Shown: positions 24,245-37,899, numbered from the stretch's first letter. The stretch: DNA of 64,000 nucleotides from Raillietiella orientalis (GCA_036172245.1 JAYWIR010000007.1:5022001-5086000), one strand, 5' to 3'. A program made the numbers and translations. The notes: generated from the letters alone by a model not told the origin.

Positions 24245-27200
24245 TGCTCTTGTGTTGTGGCGTTCCAACGGCGGAATGAAAAAGAAGCTACTGAAAAGGT
24301 AAGAGAGGGAAGTTCATTCTCGAAGGCCAATTGCCAGACCCACATGATCCCCTCGTCTGCGCACATTTCACGCCCTTCCCCATTTTGCTCAGAATGTAAG
24401 CGTTCGTTTATAAGTCGCAGTGATGCTGTTGAGCGTGTTGAGCAGGTGCATTCCGAACTGCAGTCCTTGGATTGAGCATCGGACAATCTCGTGCTCGGAG
24501 ATAGTAAAGAGCACCGTTTCCTGCGTTCTTTTCAGCGTGGGTGGGAGAACCGGATGGGTGCGCAGGCGATTGGTGGGGTGCGGGCGACGCGACCTGCAGC
24601 GTGCTCATCGCGTGTGGCCGTGGCACGGGAACGCTCAAAAAGAGATTTCCGGCAGCAGTCGCGTATTCCTCTACTTCAACCCAGTGTGCACTTTGCGACG
24701 TCTCCAGGAAGAGACAAGCGGTCCAGCCAGCAGTGTTTGGTTACTCACTTAGTGTACGGAGGAGAAGCAACTTGACATAATTCGTACTTACATGATGCTA
24801 ACGAGCCAGCAACGAGCTGCTGAAGAGCCAACTGCAGGGGAGAAATCTTCACGCCGTGAAGTGACCGTCTTCTGCCTTCTTTAGATACCTATTGTTCGGT
24901 AGAAATGCACAAGGTGAACACAGTTGACTGTGACCTTCAGTGGAAGGAAGATTGCCTCATTGCCAACGGATGCATCGCCTCCCCGAGCAGCAATTTTTCT
25001 TCCAACCGTTGTCAGCGTGAACGAGGAAGTGATTTCAATCAGCTTTGGCAGGTGTAGTTCTTCCACCTGGAGAACTTCCCTGAAAACATCCACTCGCGTC
25101 GAGAATTTGTGGGTTTGGAAACGACAGGAATGCTCCCGGTGTAGTTTCGTGAAAACTCCACAATCCTCAGAGTGGTGAGAGCGCTCAATTGGCTTTACCT
25201 GGAAAACAATTTCTCTCACCTGCAGCAGCGAACGAGACTTTACACTGTGACCTGAAGAGCCGATGCTCTGCTGGTGCTGCACCAGCGGCAACGGGAAGCC
25301 ACCATCGCTGCCCCCTTCACGAGGAAACTCATTCTTATTCTTAGCCAAGACGTGGAGTGGCCTCTAGTGCTCACGAACATCAGTACCCTCCTACTGAGTG
25401 AGTCAGGAGGGTCACTTTTGCTGCTGCACTTGGGGCTTACCAGCAACGAATGCCAACAACACTGGACGCTGAAGAAAGAGAGCTTATATTGTGGCAGGTA
25501 CAGATTACAAGAATCTTTCTCGAATCTGCTCGAGGAATACGTTGCCCTCCGGCTCCTGTGGGAACGTTTCGGATCCCGGCTGGCACCTCCAGAGACATTT
25601 TGCGGGTCCTCATTGTGCGGGACACCCTGCAGCCAGCCGCAGCCCCATGAGCTGCTTGCTGCATCTGCAGGATCGTGGCGGCTTCGAGCTAAGCCGACAG
25701 AGGAAGAAACGAGAGGGATCCGGTCCAGTTGGCAGTTCTCTTTCCGCGGGTAGCGGCTACATGGGATCAGCTGGGATCTATTCCAACGGACCTAGATGGC
25801 ACCTCGGAAAGGATGCAGGCTGCTTCCGGTGGACAGTGATCCCTTCCCGACTCTCCCAAGGACGTTTTTTTTATTTCGATTCCGTCTTTCATATTCTTGC
25901 TGTTTTCTACCCTCTCCCTCCGTTGTCGAGGGGAGCCTCGCCGGTCTGCGCAGCGGCGACGCAGCGGCGACCCAGCAGCTCCCTGGACAAACGGTAGGAC
26001 CACGTGTCCTACCACAACAACACATGAGTTTTTTTTCAATTGGGAGAAATGCCCCGTCTGGGTGTCCGTGTGGGAATCGGAGACGAAAGTGAAAAAGAGG
26101 ATCGTCGCCATCTTGCAGCAGCGTGGGAGAAGAGGCGCGAGCGCCGGTGTGGTGTGCATCCTCCGCTGATTTCTTTATTTGCGTTTCCTTCCGTCCCACC
26201 CACTCCTCGAACCACCTACGTTCAACAGCTGAGCTGCGGGTCGGCGCGCTCTCCCCAATGAACTTCCTTTGGTTTGTTTTCTTTTTTCCTTTTCTTTTTC
26301 CTGGGAGAGGGTTTTCCCGACTCTCAAGCGACGAACTTTTTACGAGTTCGGTTTTTTATGCGGGAAGCATCGGGCGTAACCGGGTGGCAAAGTCGCTGCC
26401 CAGGAGCGCGACCCAGGGAACGCCTCACGGCCACGGCCGGCGCGGATTCGAGTTCGACATCGGGAAGAGCACGGTGACCAACAGGGAGAGAGGCCATCCT
26501 CTGTTGGTGGTCTGGCAAAGTGGGAACCGCGCTCCTGGATCGGCGAGGGGATCTGTTTCGGTGCGAGAGGGGTTTGAATCGGGGGGAGGGTGCGGACGGG
26601 GTCCAAGGTCGGCGGGCAACTGTCCGTGACCGAAGGAGCCTCGCTGCACGCGAGCCGAGGAAGAAGAAGTGTCCCAGGCGGGTGGCAGGAGCGCGCGTCC
26701 ACGCCGGGCGACTGCATGCGGAGTTGTCGGATGCTCTTCGATGCTTCCCGTTGATCTGCAGAAAACTCGCTGCATTCGGTAGGACCACCCTCCATCGTCA
26801 CCGCGCTTTCGCGTGCGGAAGTCCGACGGTGAGGATGTTCGGATGTTCTGTGCGTTGCGCGCTTGTGGCATGGGAGCCGCTTCATGGTTAGTCTGGACCA
26901 TGAGTTTTAGCATCCTTCTCGGAGTGCGTTCAGTCCCAATGCCGGCTCCAGACGCTTTGGCGTCCTGCTGAATCTCCTGTTCTAGGGTGCCTAAGCCCTG
27001 TGTTCCCATCATCGAATCGGTAGGCGGGAATCGAGAGAGGACAAGAGCAGATGCATTGTTCTTACATTGCGTATTTTGATTGCTGAACCGCAGAACATAC
27101 AGAAAATGTATTTAGCTATTGATTTGAATGCAACATTTCAGAGATGAAAAACTTTTTCATCTTTGCAAAATCATCAACTAATTCTGGCACATCTTTTGCA

Positions 27201-27249
27201 TTTTTTGGAGGCCAGTGGCGATTTTACAGAGAGATGGTTACTATTAACC

Positions 27250-28280
27250 TAGCATGATTGTTACTCGGTTTTTCTGGGGTGATAAAAATGCATAGAAATG
27301 TGTTGAAACTCTTGTTTCGGCCACAGAAGGAATTTGCAGAAGAGTGGTTGGTAGGACGGCGAGATCCGCTTGAACAGCGTGTCGGAAGGAACGACAAAAA
27401 CAAAAGAACAGCGGAAGAATATACAGAGAAAACAGCGGAAGGGAAATATATACGGGGAAGAGGAAGGGATCACATTGCGCTGCCCGGCTTTCTTTGCATC
27501 TTCTTCAGGCTGCTGTGAAGTTCAGTGCGTATCTAACCCAAGGGCTGCCATCTTGAGGTGGTCGTTAGGAACATCTGCGTGAAGTGGGTAACCTACCTCC
27601 TATTTTGGCTCCTTCTTGCGTCCCAGGCCCCCACCACACCTCGAAGGTAGCAGAGAAATGCAAGGGACGCGGCCAACAGTAGTGCGAAACGCACGAAGAG
27701 GCGTTTGAGAAGATCCTTGGGACCGCCCTTGGGGATTCCTGGGATCGTCGCGCGAGATGATCTTAAAAGAGTAGGAAGACAGCACAGTCGAAAAGCAGGT
27801 GCAGGAAGGTTTCCTTCTTTCCACACCTGTCGCACTGAGAGTCCACGCTCCCCCGTGTCCAGTTGTAAAGGCGCGCTTTGCAGGGGATTCCCCCTATCAC
27901 CGGTAATTCCTACCACTCGAGGGGAAGGGTGCCATTGTTTCAGCATTTTGGGGACCCTCCACGTCCTCCGGTGGGACTGTGAGCAGCTTTGGATTAGCCA
28001 GTAGCGTCCGTCACTTCCCGAGTTGTCTCCTCGCACCCAGAAGTTTCCTTTTTGCTTCAGTGCAGCACGTCGTTTTCCACCTTGCTGGATGGTGGCACTT
28101 TACTTCCTTTAGAAAGAGCAGCACTGGGACGAGGAGAGCGGGGAGTCAGTTCGCACCATCTCCCTGCCTCGGAAAATCTCATGGGATCTCCTGTCGCCAT
28201 GCCGCTTGCTTTGTTCCGTAGAGCGATCCCTCATGCAAGCAGCGGCGCGTGTATGATGTGCCCATTCGCCACGGTGTAGG
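27250..28280 (-). mobile_element. L1/Tx1-like 3' fragment
   Basis: Reverse complement aligns clearly with 14700-15450; contains KDLLKRLFVRFALL..CYLRGVVGAW. Confidence 0.8.
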
Positions 28281-29550
28281 ACAGGGTGGCAGTCGGAGCC
28301 CACAACTGCTCAGCATCTACTTCGAGTTGGTGCTGAGGGCACATGAGAGGACTCTGACACCCCTGTCAAGTTAGTGTCCGGGCACGCCTGTCGTGTCGGC
28401 CTATTGGGACGAACTTCTGCTGATGCTCCCCATGTCCATCTGGAAGGCACGCTCGAAGTCTTCTTCGAGCTGCTCAGTCCCTGGACGGGCTTGGGAGGTG
28501 AACAGGGCAAAGTCGTTCATCGCCCCCGTTGGTACGGCATGGGCAGGACGCTCGGACTGGATCCGCATGGGGATCCCCACGGGAGAGTACTTAAAGTATC
28601 TCGGCGTTCCGTTGGAAGACTGCTGCATAAAGAAGCCTGGTCGGGCCGTCTCCAAAAAGTAGAGATGGCGCTCGTCGCGTTCCAGAACGGCAGCTTTTTC
28701 TTGCCAGAACGGGACGCGGTGTGAAACGCGTTGGAAGCTTCTTTCCTCCACCCCCGCTTTTTGTTTGGTTCACCCCACCTGACATCAAGAGATGGACCGA
28801 GGAGCTCCTGAGAAAATCCCAGTTGAATTCAGGGAGGTCTAGAGTCCGACTGAAGGACTTGTGTGCTCCGCTTAAGGATAGTGGACTGGACCTCCTTACT
28901 CTGGTGATGATGTAGCGTCAATCCCAATCCAGAAGACTTGCCCTCGTGGCAAGATTTTGGACCACACCGTGGTGTGCACCCTCATGGCTCCCCGAGAAGA
29001 AGGCAACCAGCTACGAGAGACAATCCCTACTCGTCACTTGCGAGAGATTGCTGTAAGGTTGTGGATACAAACTCCGTCAGGTGGTAGCACTGGTGAAGGA
29101 GAACACCTAGATCTTATGCCTCTTGGCAAACTGCATTGCCTGGCTTCAGAAGTCGGTCTTCTGGGAAAAGATCCACAGCGCGAGCGAGGCAGAGTACGCC
29201 TGCCTGCAACGAAACAGCAACGCTCGCAAGTCGTTGGAAGAGATCGTCCGCAACCCACAGAAGATGCGGTGGACCATGTCTACCCTCCCCCTGCTCCAAG
29301 GGCTGTTGTTGCCCTCCCCAAGGAACTCAAGGGACAGTGTAATCCCGGCAAGATGGGAATTGACATCCTGCATAGCAGCAAAGAAGGAACTTCTGGGAGC
29401 GTGGACAACTCGAGAAGTGACGAAGGCTGGGGCTTCGAGTCGTCTCTTTTCGCCCATCATCTGGCAAACCTTGACCCTTCTACTTCAGGGAGACATCAGA
29501 AAAGTGCTGCCGCACCAGAATGTTCTCTGGAAACGGAAGAAGAGAGCGCA
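28280..29550 (+). mobile_element. L1/Tx1-like RT C-terminal fragment
   Basis: EYLKYLGVPL (RT domain 7 YLG motif); RVRLKDLCAPLKDSGLDL (cf. LxxPxxxGGLG). Confidence 0.8.
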
Positions 29551-29559
29551 TAAGATCAG

Positions 29560-30100
29560 GTGAGCCCTTCCCGATGCCAAAGTTTGACACCTCCCTCACA
29601 CGGCTCGGAAGGAGCGAAGCACGAGGCGGACACTCTTTTGAGCCTCACGAGCCAACTGAACCCTGCGGTGCGGAAACCGACCATCCTTTTTCCACAGACA
29701 GTCGAAAGAATTTGGGTTTCCTCCGGAGATGTACGACAGCAATAGAGGGATACCGAGGAGAGTCAGCTGCCACTGCTTCCTCTCCGCTAAGCGTTCCAAT
29801 CAAGGAGAGCGCCTGATCTTGAAGGAGCATGCATCCGGGTGTGTTTTCCGCGCACCCGAGGTCACGAAAGCGACGATCGAGGGCACAGAAACACTCAGGA
29901 CTCCAAAACGAGAAAGTGGAGCGAAGAATGTGAGCAGGAAGGACGCAAAGCCTGTTGACATTCTCCCGTTCCTCACATAACCTTCGGCTATTGCAGGAAG
30001 CACGCACGCAGGCAAATCAGGAACCGCTACTTCTCCAGAACATCATAGAATTGCAGATAAGCGTCAACTGCAGCGATACCCACGGCAATGACGACTGCTT
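29560..30100 (+). mobile_element. Penelope-like GIY-YIG remnant
   Basis: HASGCVFRAP..ATIEGTETLRTPKRE resembles GVVYxIPC..YIGETxRxLxTRxxE. Confidence 0.35.
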
Positions 30101-30255
30101 TTGACAGTCAGCAATAGCAGCAAGTTCGGTGAACGGGAAATACCATCGCCGATGCACAGTGCCAACGTGCATTCACTTTAATAAACACCGTGGTGGTTAT
30201 TCGATCTCTGAGCACACGAGTGGCTACTTTGAACACGAGTCAAACACATACACCT

Positions 30256-33200
30256 TCAATGAGCGGAGCTACTCGTAGGAAAATTGCCAGTGGTAGCATG
30301 CAACGGCATTGGTGCATTGGAGATGTGGATGGACCTCTGCCGCACGTTGAATATCGTGGGATACAAGTACAAGAAGATTCCTCCCAAGGTTATGACACCG
30401 CTCTCCTGGCTAGACGACGAGACGAATATTTCGCAGCGACGTGGTTGAATATATGAATCAATCGCATTCTCCTCAATCTGGAATATTACTCGAATCTTGA
30501 GGAGGATCATGGTCCCAATTACCTCAAGCACGTAGTGTTTGGGGATGAACTCGATGGTTCCTTTATCTGTGGTTATTGTGATCGTGGGAGCATTCCTCGC
30601 ATCGTCACAAAACGACTACTTGTCTTTAGAAAACAGAATCTATTGATCCCTCACCTACCCAAGGTTTGAACCGGAATTCCCTGGTTTCCTTCGAGTCCAC
30701 CATTTCCTGAAAAACCTTGAAATACTCCCGAGAAAGGCCGAAATTCATTTGCTGGAAGTCGAAAATCGCACGGCATCTTCCTTTGCAGAGCGTGCGAGAG
30801 TTCATCTTCAGTCTGGAAAACGAGATGTCGAGCTCAGAAAAGTGACCGTGAGTGCAGGATCTCGTACTCCTTCACTGGGAACGACCACGTGGATTCTCCG
30901 GGAGGTAGTCGGAAGACCATGGCATTCGGATTCTCGGGCAGAGGTATCCCGATGAACAAAGCTCCAACAGTTTCTTTAATTAAGTGAATCCTGGAAAGAT
31001 TGTTGCAAGGAATAACTGACAATGAAGAAGGACCTCAATCAGACCGTTTGTCCACACTTTCTCGGATCGACTTCAATAGAGGATGAAGGACGGTCATGTT
31101 GGAACGAAAGAGGAGGGAAACTTTGAATCAATGGTGAAGGGAGGGGCGTGAACACTGCGCGCCAGTGTTCCGTGACAGCACACGGGCAATCGACAACAAC
31201 CTTCCCCTCACATCGACACCTGCGGGTTGTGGTCTCAAAGAACATATACGATTCGGGTGTAGCGTTGTGCCCACAGTGCGAATGAAGTCTCCATAAATGC
31301 CTTTTCTCTCCAGGAAGAAAGACAGACAGAGATTGCCTCAGCTGCTGCGGGTCATCTCGAATGATTCCTACCGCGAGGCAAGACGATCGACGTGCACTGT
31401 TACTCCACTCCGGGGTTGTACGCCAGTCAGGACACGAAAGCACGCAGGAACCGGACGATCATAGCGAAGACCATTTAGGTCAACCCTTTTTCACGAGGCT
31501 TAGTTCCCTCCAAAACGGCCAAGATGATGCTACGGGATCTGCGATACCGAATCGCCTCGATGCTCGTTCTCGAAGGAGGCGATCTGCCGTGAGGAAATGG
31601 AGCGCGGAAGTGTGCTCCCCAATCTCGTTCTTTATCCCATGAGAACCTGCTGACAACCTGTTGCCCGTTTCTTCCATCACGAAGGAAAGCGTTGACGGAG
31701 ATGGTGACGATCCTTGCAGAACTGCACGAAAAAGAAGAACAAAGGTTTCGGAGAAAAACGAACCGAAATTCGGACAAATCCAAGAAGAAAACGGATGGTG
31801 CGAGAGGATTTGATTCGGTGAGAGTATGAAAGGCATCACATAACCGTGCACAAGACGTCCCCTCTAGAAAGCACATTACCATTGAATATTCAAGGAGAAC
31901 GTTGGAGGCATCTGCGGGTACGTGGAGACAACTTGGGAGAACCAATTTTCCTCTTTCTGAGAACCGCTGAGTAACGAAGGTGACACTCCAAGGATTCCCT
32001 GGGAGGATGACCCCCATAAACGACTCTCATGTAGCGGAAGTAAAGCAAATTTCTGGTTGACCACAGTCAGCTCTCCGATCTGGAAATAAACAACGGCCAG
32101 TGCGATGTGCAGTCCACCCTCCTTCCGCTTCCGCAAGACTCGAAGGATTGGCACGGCCGCAAGGCGTACCGAAGGCGCGTGGCGAAATGCGGAGCTGCTG
32201 GGAACGGCGGCCTTTGCGTACGGGGCGTGGCGCACGAGCGAAATCTGCGCGAGCGAGTGACCGCCTCGATCACCGTTGCTCCGCAGAAGTTGGCGGATAG
32301 CTTAGTGCCGCCTGGCCACACTTCCCGACAGATCCGATATGGCCACCCCACCACAATTCTCGACGGATCGAACATTCCTTTCGCGGCGCGTGCAGAGGGC
32401 GCCGACAAATCGACTCCCTACGCGACTTCGTTCCCCGAGTCCATCAATCCTTATATCCCTGAGAGCGCCGCGCGTATCCCACGGGTCAAACTCACACGAA
32501 AATGATCTCTTCCCTGTTCCCGAAAGTAATCCTGTGCAGCCTTTCCAATGGTGCCGGACTTTTCCACACGTCGAAATGTGTAGGAATCTTGGTATAAGTA
32601 GCTTTCAAAGGAACCTAAAAAGAGGGACACATTGGTAATACATACAAGCGACTCGGGAATGGAGGTTTCCTTACGTCTTTGGAAACTCATCCAAAGTGTA
32701 AAATTTTTGGATGCTGCGTCAAGTGTAATGAATGTCGTCATCTCTGGTATTCCGACTCTTAGTTGCACTGACAGAATCTGTCAAGAAAGAAAATAAAAAT
32801 AAAAATTTCCATTGAAAATTCTTTTTTTTAGAAGTATGCTACTGCAGTTCCTGTTTAGGAAGAACAGCTGATGCATCCTACCGCCGCACAAGAGGAGATT
32901 CTCTCTTGGATGCAAGCAGCGATGAGGCTGCTTGACTACTTTCTTATCGATGTCGTTATGAAACCTTCAACCTACGATGTTGACGGTAGAGAGAGGAAGG
33001 AGTCGATCCGCAGGTTGGCTGAGCAAATCGTGCGCGCGGGGGACACGGTCCTCGCCAGATTCCCCCCGAAATGGTGCCTCAATCCCTCTTCAGTCCTCTG
33101 AACACCTGGTAGCCGTAAGAAACATACAGCCGCAAAGTGAGCGCATTTGCTCGCTCAAACTGAAAGGAGCGTATCCGTGGAAAGCTGTATGTTGTAGTGA

Positions 33201-36200
33201 ACTGCAGTCAAAATGAAGACCTTGGTGTAGCGGGCATTCGAAAATGGAGGAGTCCCACGAGTGAACCCATGTGCTGCTGGGAAACAAACCCGACAGGAAG
33301 AGCGCCCTTTAGAAAAAAGGGAGTGGCAGGCTTGCGGCGCTAACGACCAGAAATGCAATGCGCTTGCTCGCATCAGTTTCAGCAGCAGGCACGTCAATTG
33401 TGTGCCGATGGAGCGAGACAGGAGGCAGGAGACAGAGTCGGCCCTTGCCCGCTCTGAAAAAGCTTCTTGGAACTGGTGCTAAGGTTGCAGCCGAAGAGCT
33501 GGCGCTGAAAGAAACGCTCAGCTGCTCCTGGCGCTATCCGTGCCAGTCACAGTGGCATAGATGGTGAAGGCGTCCGAGTTGTTCCGTCGAGGTGGGGTCA
33601 TGAGGGTGAAACCGGCTAAGTCGTCCGTGTTATCAGTGGCGCGGTTCGTGGTGGACGGCCGGACTGAATCGTCTTAGAGATCTTTCCGGCCAGGTCCTTG
33701 AAGAATCTTGAGGTTCGGTTTGGGTACATCTGCCCTACAGGTGCATGGCCGGGCTTTGTACGGTAGGCAGAGTCGGTACTCCATTGCTTCCAGGAACGCA
33801 AGTCTTCTAGTCTGCTCGGGCCACGATTGGGAACAATTTTGCGGCCAGCGTTCATCGTCGCATGGATTTCGCTGCTTCCACCATTAGTAGAGGAACAAAA
33901 TGGACTGAGGTTTCTGCACAAGAATCCGCGTGGAGCACAGAGAGGTTCATGATCTTGCAGCAAAGGTGTTTTGTGCTACGTGTTTAGACAATGGAGTTTG
34001 GCTGCTGATGCTGGAACTAATGAAGGTTCGGCTTTAATTCTAAAGATTATCGCTGGCTGCCCAGAGTTCCGCGACGCAGACGGCATGCTGACGTTTCCAC
34101 TCTCTTGGAAGGATAATAGCATGAAAGGACTAACGGCGCTTTTTTTGAATAGTTTTCGTAGCCTTGCCGTTCATGTCTTTCGTCACTGTAAAGGCATCTC
34201 CCAGGCAAGAAAGGTCTGCAGTTGCCCTTGAAATACGTACGCTTGGCTGCAAGAACTGCTCAAACGTAAGTACAGATCACCAGCTAAACGCTAATGTGAG
34301 TTTCCGCCTATTGAAAGGCAACAAGGGAAGTAGGAAGAAGTGAAGGGCAGAGAATTCGCAAATTTGGCGTGCTTATCAGACGCCTCCTTAGCCGCCAACA
34401 TGTCCTTCCCTTTGGACATCGTTGCTAAAAGCTCATTTGGGATATCGAACGTTTGCTGCAACATCCACAGTAGCTATAGTTCTCTTGTAGGCTTGTGTGC
34501 TCGTCAGTTTGCTGAAACAACCTACAATGGTCGCATACGACTTGTACACGGCGATGGCTTCTTAGGTATCCTAACGGAAGAGCAGGAAAAAGTACCAGTG
34601 ATAACAAACAATTCGTGTCACCTCTCGCTGTTGTAACGTCGAAGACCTCTGTTGTACGAACACTGCCACCACTAAACGAGGGGAGCGCCATTGGCATCTG
34701 CGCCAGGTGTGAAGAAAGAGAGATCCTCCCTATCTGTCATTTAAATCTGTTGCCCTCTTGTCACTCTAGAGACACTTTTTAGCGTACGTCATTACCGCGT
34801 TGTGGAACCCACTGAACATTGTAAGAAGCACATTGTGCAGAATTTTGGGTCGCCGACTGCCCGCAGTCGCTGCTGTGCTCTGTCTGTGCACTGCCTGCGT
34901 TTTGTGCAACGCCGCCGATATAAGACACTCTAGCAGTGTCACTCTGTTCTCCATCGAGTTTCTGGAGGCAGAGTCGAAATGATCAGTATAAGGATAAAAG
35001 GGGGAGCCATATGTCATTATCCCGGTGCGAAAGCCAATAAGATTGTAGCGAACTCCTTATGCAGAGGTCGGGTCACCGACATCGCGCAGTCGCTGCTCTA
35101 CATTGTCCAAAGGAGGAGGAAAAGATGACCCAACGTGAAGGGCTTTGCTGTCTACCTGCCTTCTCTTTTTCATTGCTATATCGTGAAACACTTTTTTTTT
35201 GTTTTCTCTTGTCCCTTGTTCTCCCTCTGCTCTATAGAGCTGTTGTAAACCTCGCCCGTGATTCCCTTGCGTCGTTGGACTTGTGGATCAATAGACTCCC
35301 GAAAGTTCAATTTGCGGCAAGCACCCTACCACAGTTGTACCACGCAAGCAATTCAACACCAGCGCATCAGCAGACAGGATGGTCGAACGCGTACTCACGC
35401 GATTCTCATGTAGAAGACGTGCTGACGATATGAGCGGTCTCCCGCTCGGCCCTGCCACTGGTCCACTGCCATCTGCTGTTCGGCTGGAACCGGAATGGCC
35501 GGGATGCTCCAATGAAGCCGTCTCGCGCGCAGCATTCTTCCCGCACTTTTCGGAGATGCTGGTGGTTCTAAGATGACCACAAAAATGGGAGGAATTCGGT
35601 GAATCTCCCTTCGCGAACGCTTCAACCGCCATATGGCATGTTTTCCGGGACAGTTTTCGGAATGAACCTATAGGAACTAGTTTGCAACTGATTGCGCATG
35701 CGCCTGCAGCTCTTTTTCTTCACTAGGGGAGACAGGAGGAACGTCTGATTTGAGTTAAGGGGAGCGGGATACTTTGAGGAGATTTTCGTACGGAGGACGG
35801 AGCAGTGCTGGGAAGGAACACGAGGATGGGAGCAGAAGTGGCGAACGACCATTTTCGGGAAAGCAGCAGAGCACGCGAGAAGGCGGCAGAGAGGGTGTTG
35901 GCTTTCCTTGTACTTCCGAGCGTGGGCATTCTACCTGCGAAGGTGTCGGGGAGAGGGTCAATGTAATCGGCGAATGGCACGGAGATGGCATGGAGAAGCC
36001 GGAAGCCTCATATCTGGACGCGTTCAGCCGAGTCCCGGCTGTGAAGCAGCGAGAAATCAGTGGTGACGAACTTCACGCCGTGCACTCTAGCAACGAGCAT
36101 GGCAGTAAGAAGATGAGCTTTGCCTACGCGAAAGCATACGAGCGCGTCTTCCGCGAAACTTCGTTCTTGCAGCAACCACAGCTTTACCTGTTTCTTGCTC

Positions 36201-36255
36201 CGTGGTTCGACGAGGTGCGTACCAGCAGCAGTAGTGCGAAGACAAACAACTTCAT
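30256..36255 (-). CDS. Pepsin-fold (A1 family) aspartic peptidase homologue, copy B. Model: complement(join(30256..30477,30523..30615,30659..30812,30868..30990,31880..32079,32496..32614,32675..32777,35935..36013,36188..36255)), 386 aa
   Basis: Exon lengths and splice positions are the same as in copy A and the frame is open. First catalytic loop reads VQLRVGIPEMTTFITLDAASKNFTLWMS; second reads CRAIFDFQ. Splice sites are kept even in the diverged patches. Confidence 0.85.
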
Positions 36256-37899
36256 TGCTCTTGTGTTGTGGCGTTCCAACGGCGGAATGAAAAAGAAGCT
36301 ACTGAAAAGGTAAGAGAGGGAAGTTCATTCTCGAAGGCCAATTGCCAGACCCACATGATCCCCTCGTCTGCGCACATTTCACGCCCTTCCCCATTTTGCT
36401 CAGAATGTAAGCGTTCGTTTATAAGTCGCAGTGATGCTGTTGAGCGTGTTGAGCAGGTGCATTCCGAACTGCAGTCCTTGGATTGAGCATCGGACAATCT
36501 CGTGCTCGGAGATAGTAAAGAGCACCGTTTCCTGCGTTCTTTTCAGCGTGGGTGGGAGAACCGGATGGGTGCGCAGGCGATTGGTGGGGTGCGGGCGACG
36601 CGACCTGCAGCGTGCTCATCGCGTGTGGCCGTGGCACGGGAACGCTCAAAAAGAGATTTCCGGCAGCAGTCGCGTATTCCTCTACTTCAACCCAGTGTGC
36701 ACTTTGCGACGTCTCCAGGAAGAGACAAGCGGTCCAGCCAGCAGTGTTTGGTTACTCACTTAGTGTACGGAGGAGAAGCAACTTGACATAATTCGTACTT
36801 ACATGATGCTAACGAGCCAGCAACGAGCTGCTGAAGAGCCAACTGCAGGGGAGAAATCTTCACGCCGTGAAGTGACCGTCTTCTGCCTTCTTTAGATACC
36901 TATTGTTCGGTAGAAATGCACAAGGTGAACACAGTTGACTGTGACCTTCAGTGGAAGGAAGATTGCCTCATTGCCAACGTATGCATCGCTTGGCTGAGCA
37001 GCAATTTTTCTTCCAACCGTTGTCAGCGTGAACGAGGAAGTGAATCCATAAGCTTTGGCAGGTGTCATGATTCCACCTGGAGGAGTTCTCTGAATGCATC
37101 TTCTCGCGCCGAGAATTTGTGAGATTTGGAAAACGACAAGAATGTTCTTCCTGTGGTCTCTTGAATATCTTACTCTCCACGGAGTGGTCAGGAGAGTGGT
37201 CGCCGTCGTTGCTGGTTATCTTCCGAAACGGTGATGGTTTCAATTGGGTACGTCCTGCTGTTTCAACCTCGAATACGATGCGGTTTTATTTGCTGAGGGG
37301 GGTGGTTTCAAACGGTAGAAGGAGAATAGCAAGTGACGTCATTTCAGGCGCCACCTTGTCGTTTTTGGTAGCACTCTTTCCTAGCGGCGCTCCAAACTTC
37401 ACGTGAGATGTGCTCGAATTGAGTTTTTCTGTTGCTGTGGTGAAGCTGTACTGTCGAGGCCGTTTCAGAGCACCACTGTACATGAACGTGAACCCTGTTT
37501 GCAGTGGTAGTTCGTTCAAAGAGACGTTTGCTCACTCCTCTCTAGTGACTCTGTGCAATATTTGGTGCGGTCGTAGCGATGATACGAAAAGCACTTCGTC
37601 TTCAGAGGGAAGATGTATGAGAAGGGTAGAATGTTTTCTTGAACCCTGCCCATTTTTACAGTGACGGTCGAAACGATGCTTGCGACATCCTTGAGTTGAG
37701 CGGATAAACCTCTAGGAAAAAGAGGTGCAGCTCTACAGCTTCCAAAGCGGCTTAGCACGATAATGAATTTCCATTTAAGCGAATGTCACGTGTACGGTGT
37801 TGCCGTACGCAGATTTGTCAGGCAAGGCGACAGCTCAAACTCTCCTAGGAACTCGTGGTCCCTTACTTTTGAGCGGAACACCTCCGTTTTCCCGGTTCG

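Larger units (their letters stand above)
12569..25140 (+). repeat. Tandem segmental duplication, unit 1
   Basis: Collinear blocks shared with unit 2: 12569-14289/25511-27221, ~16720-17850/30140-31270, ~19490-22130/31335-33950, ~23295-25140/35305-37150. Many translated ORFs are identical between the two units. Confidence 0.93.
25511..37150 (+). repeat. Tandem segmental duplication, unit 2
   Basis: Partner of 12569-25140. The offset varies from 11.8 to 13.4 kb because of unit-specific TE segments. Confidence 0.93.

Noticed and set aside
27250..29550. Twin-priming 5' inversion of a single element
   Set aside because: The + and - fragments overlap in element coordinates and are diverged, so they are separate copies.
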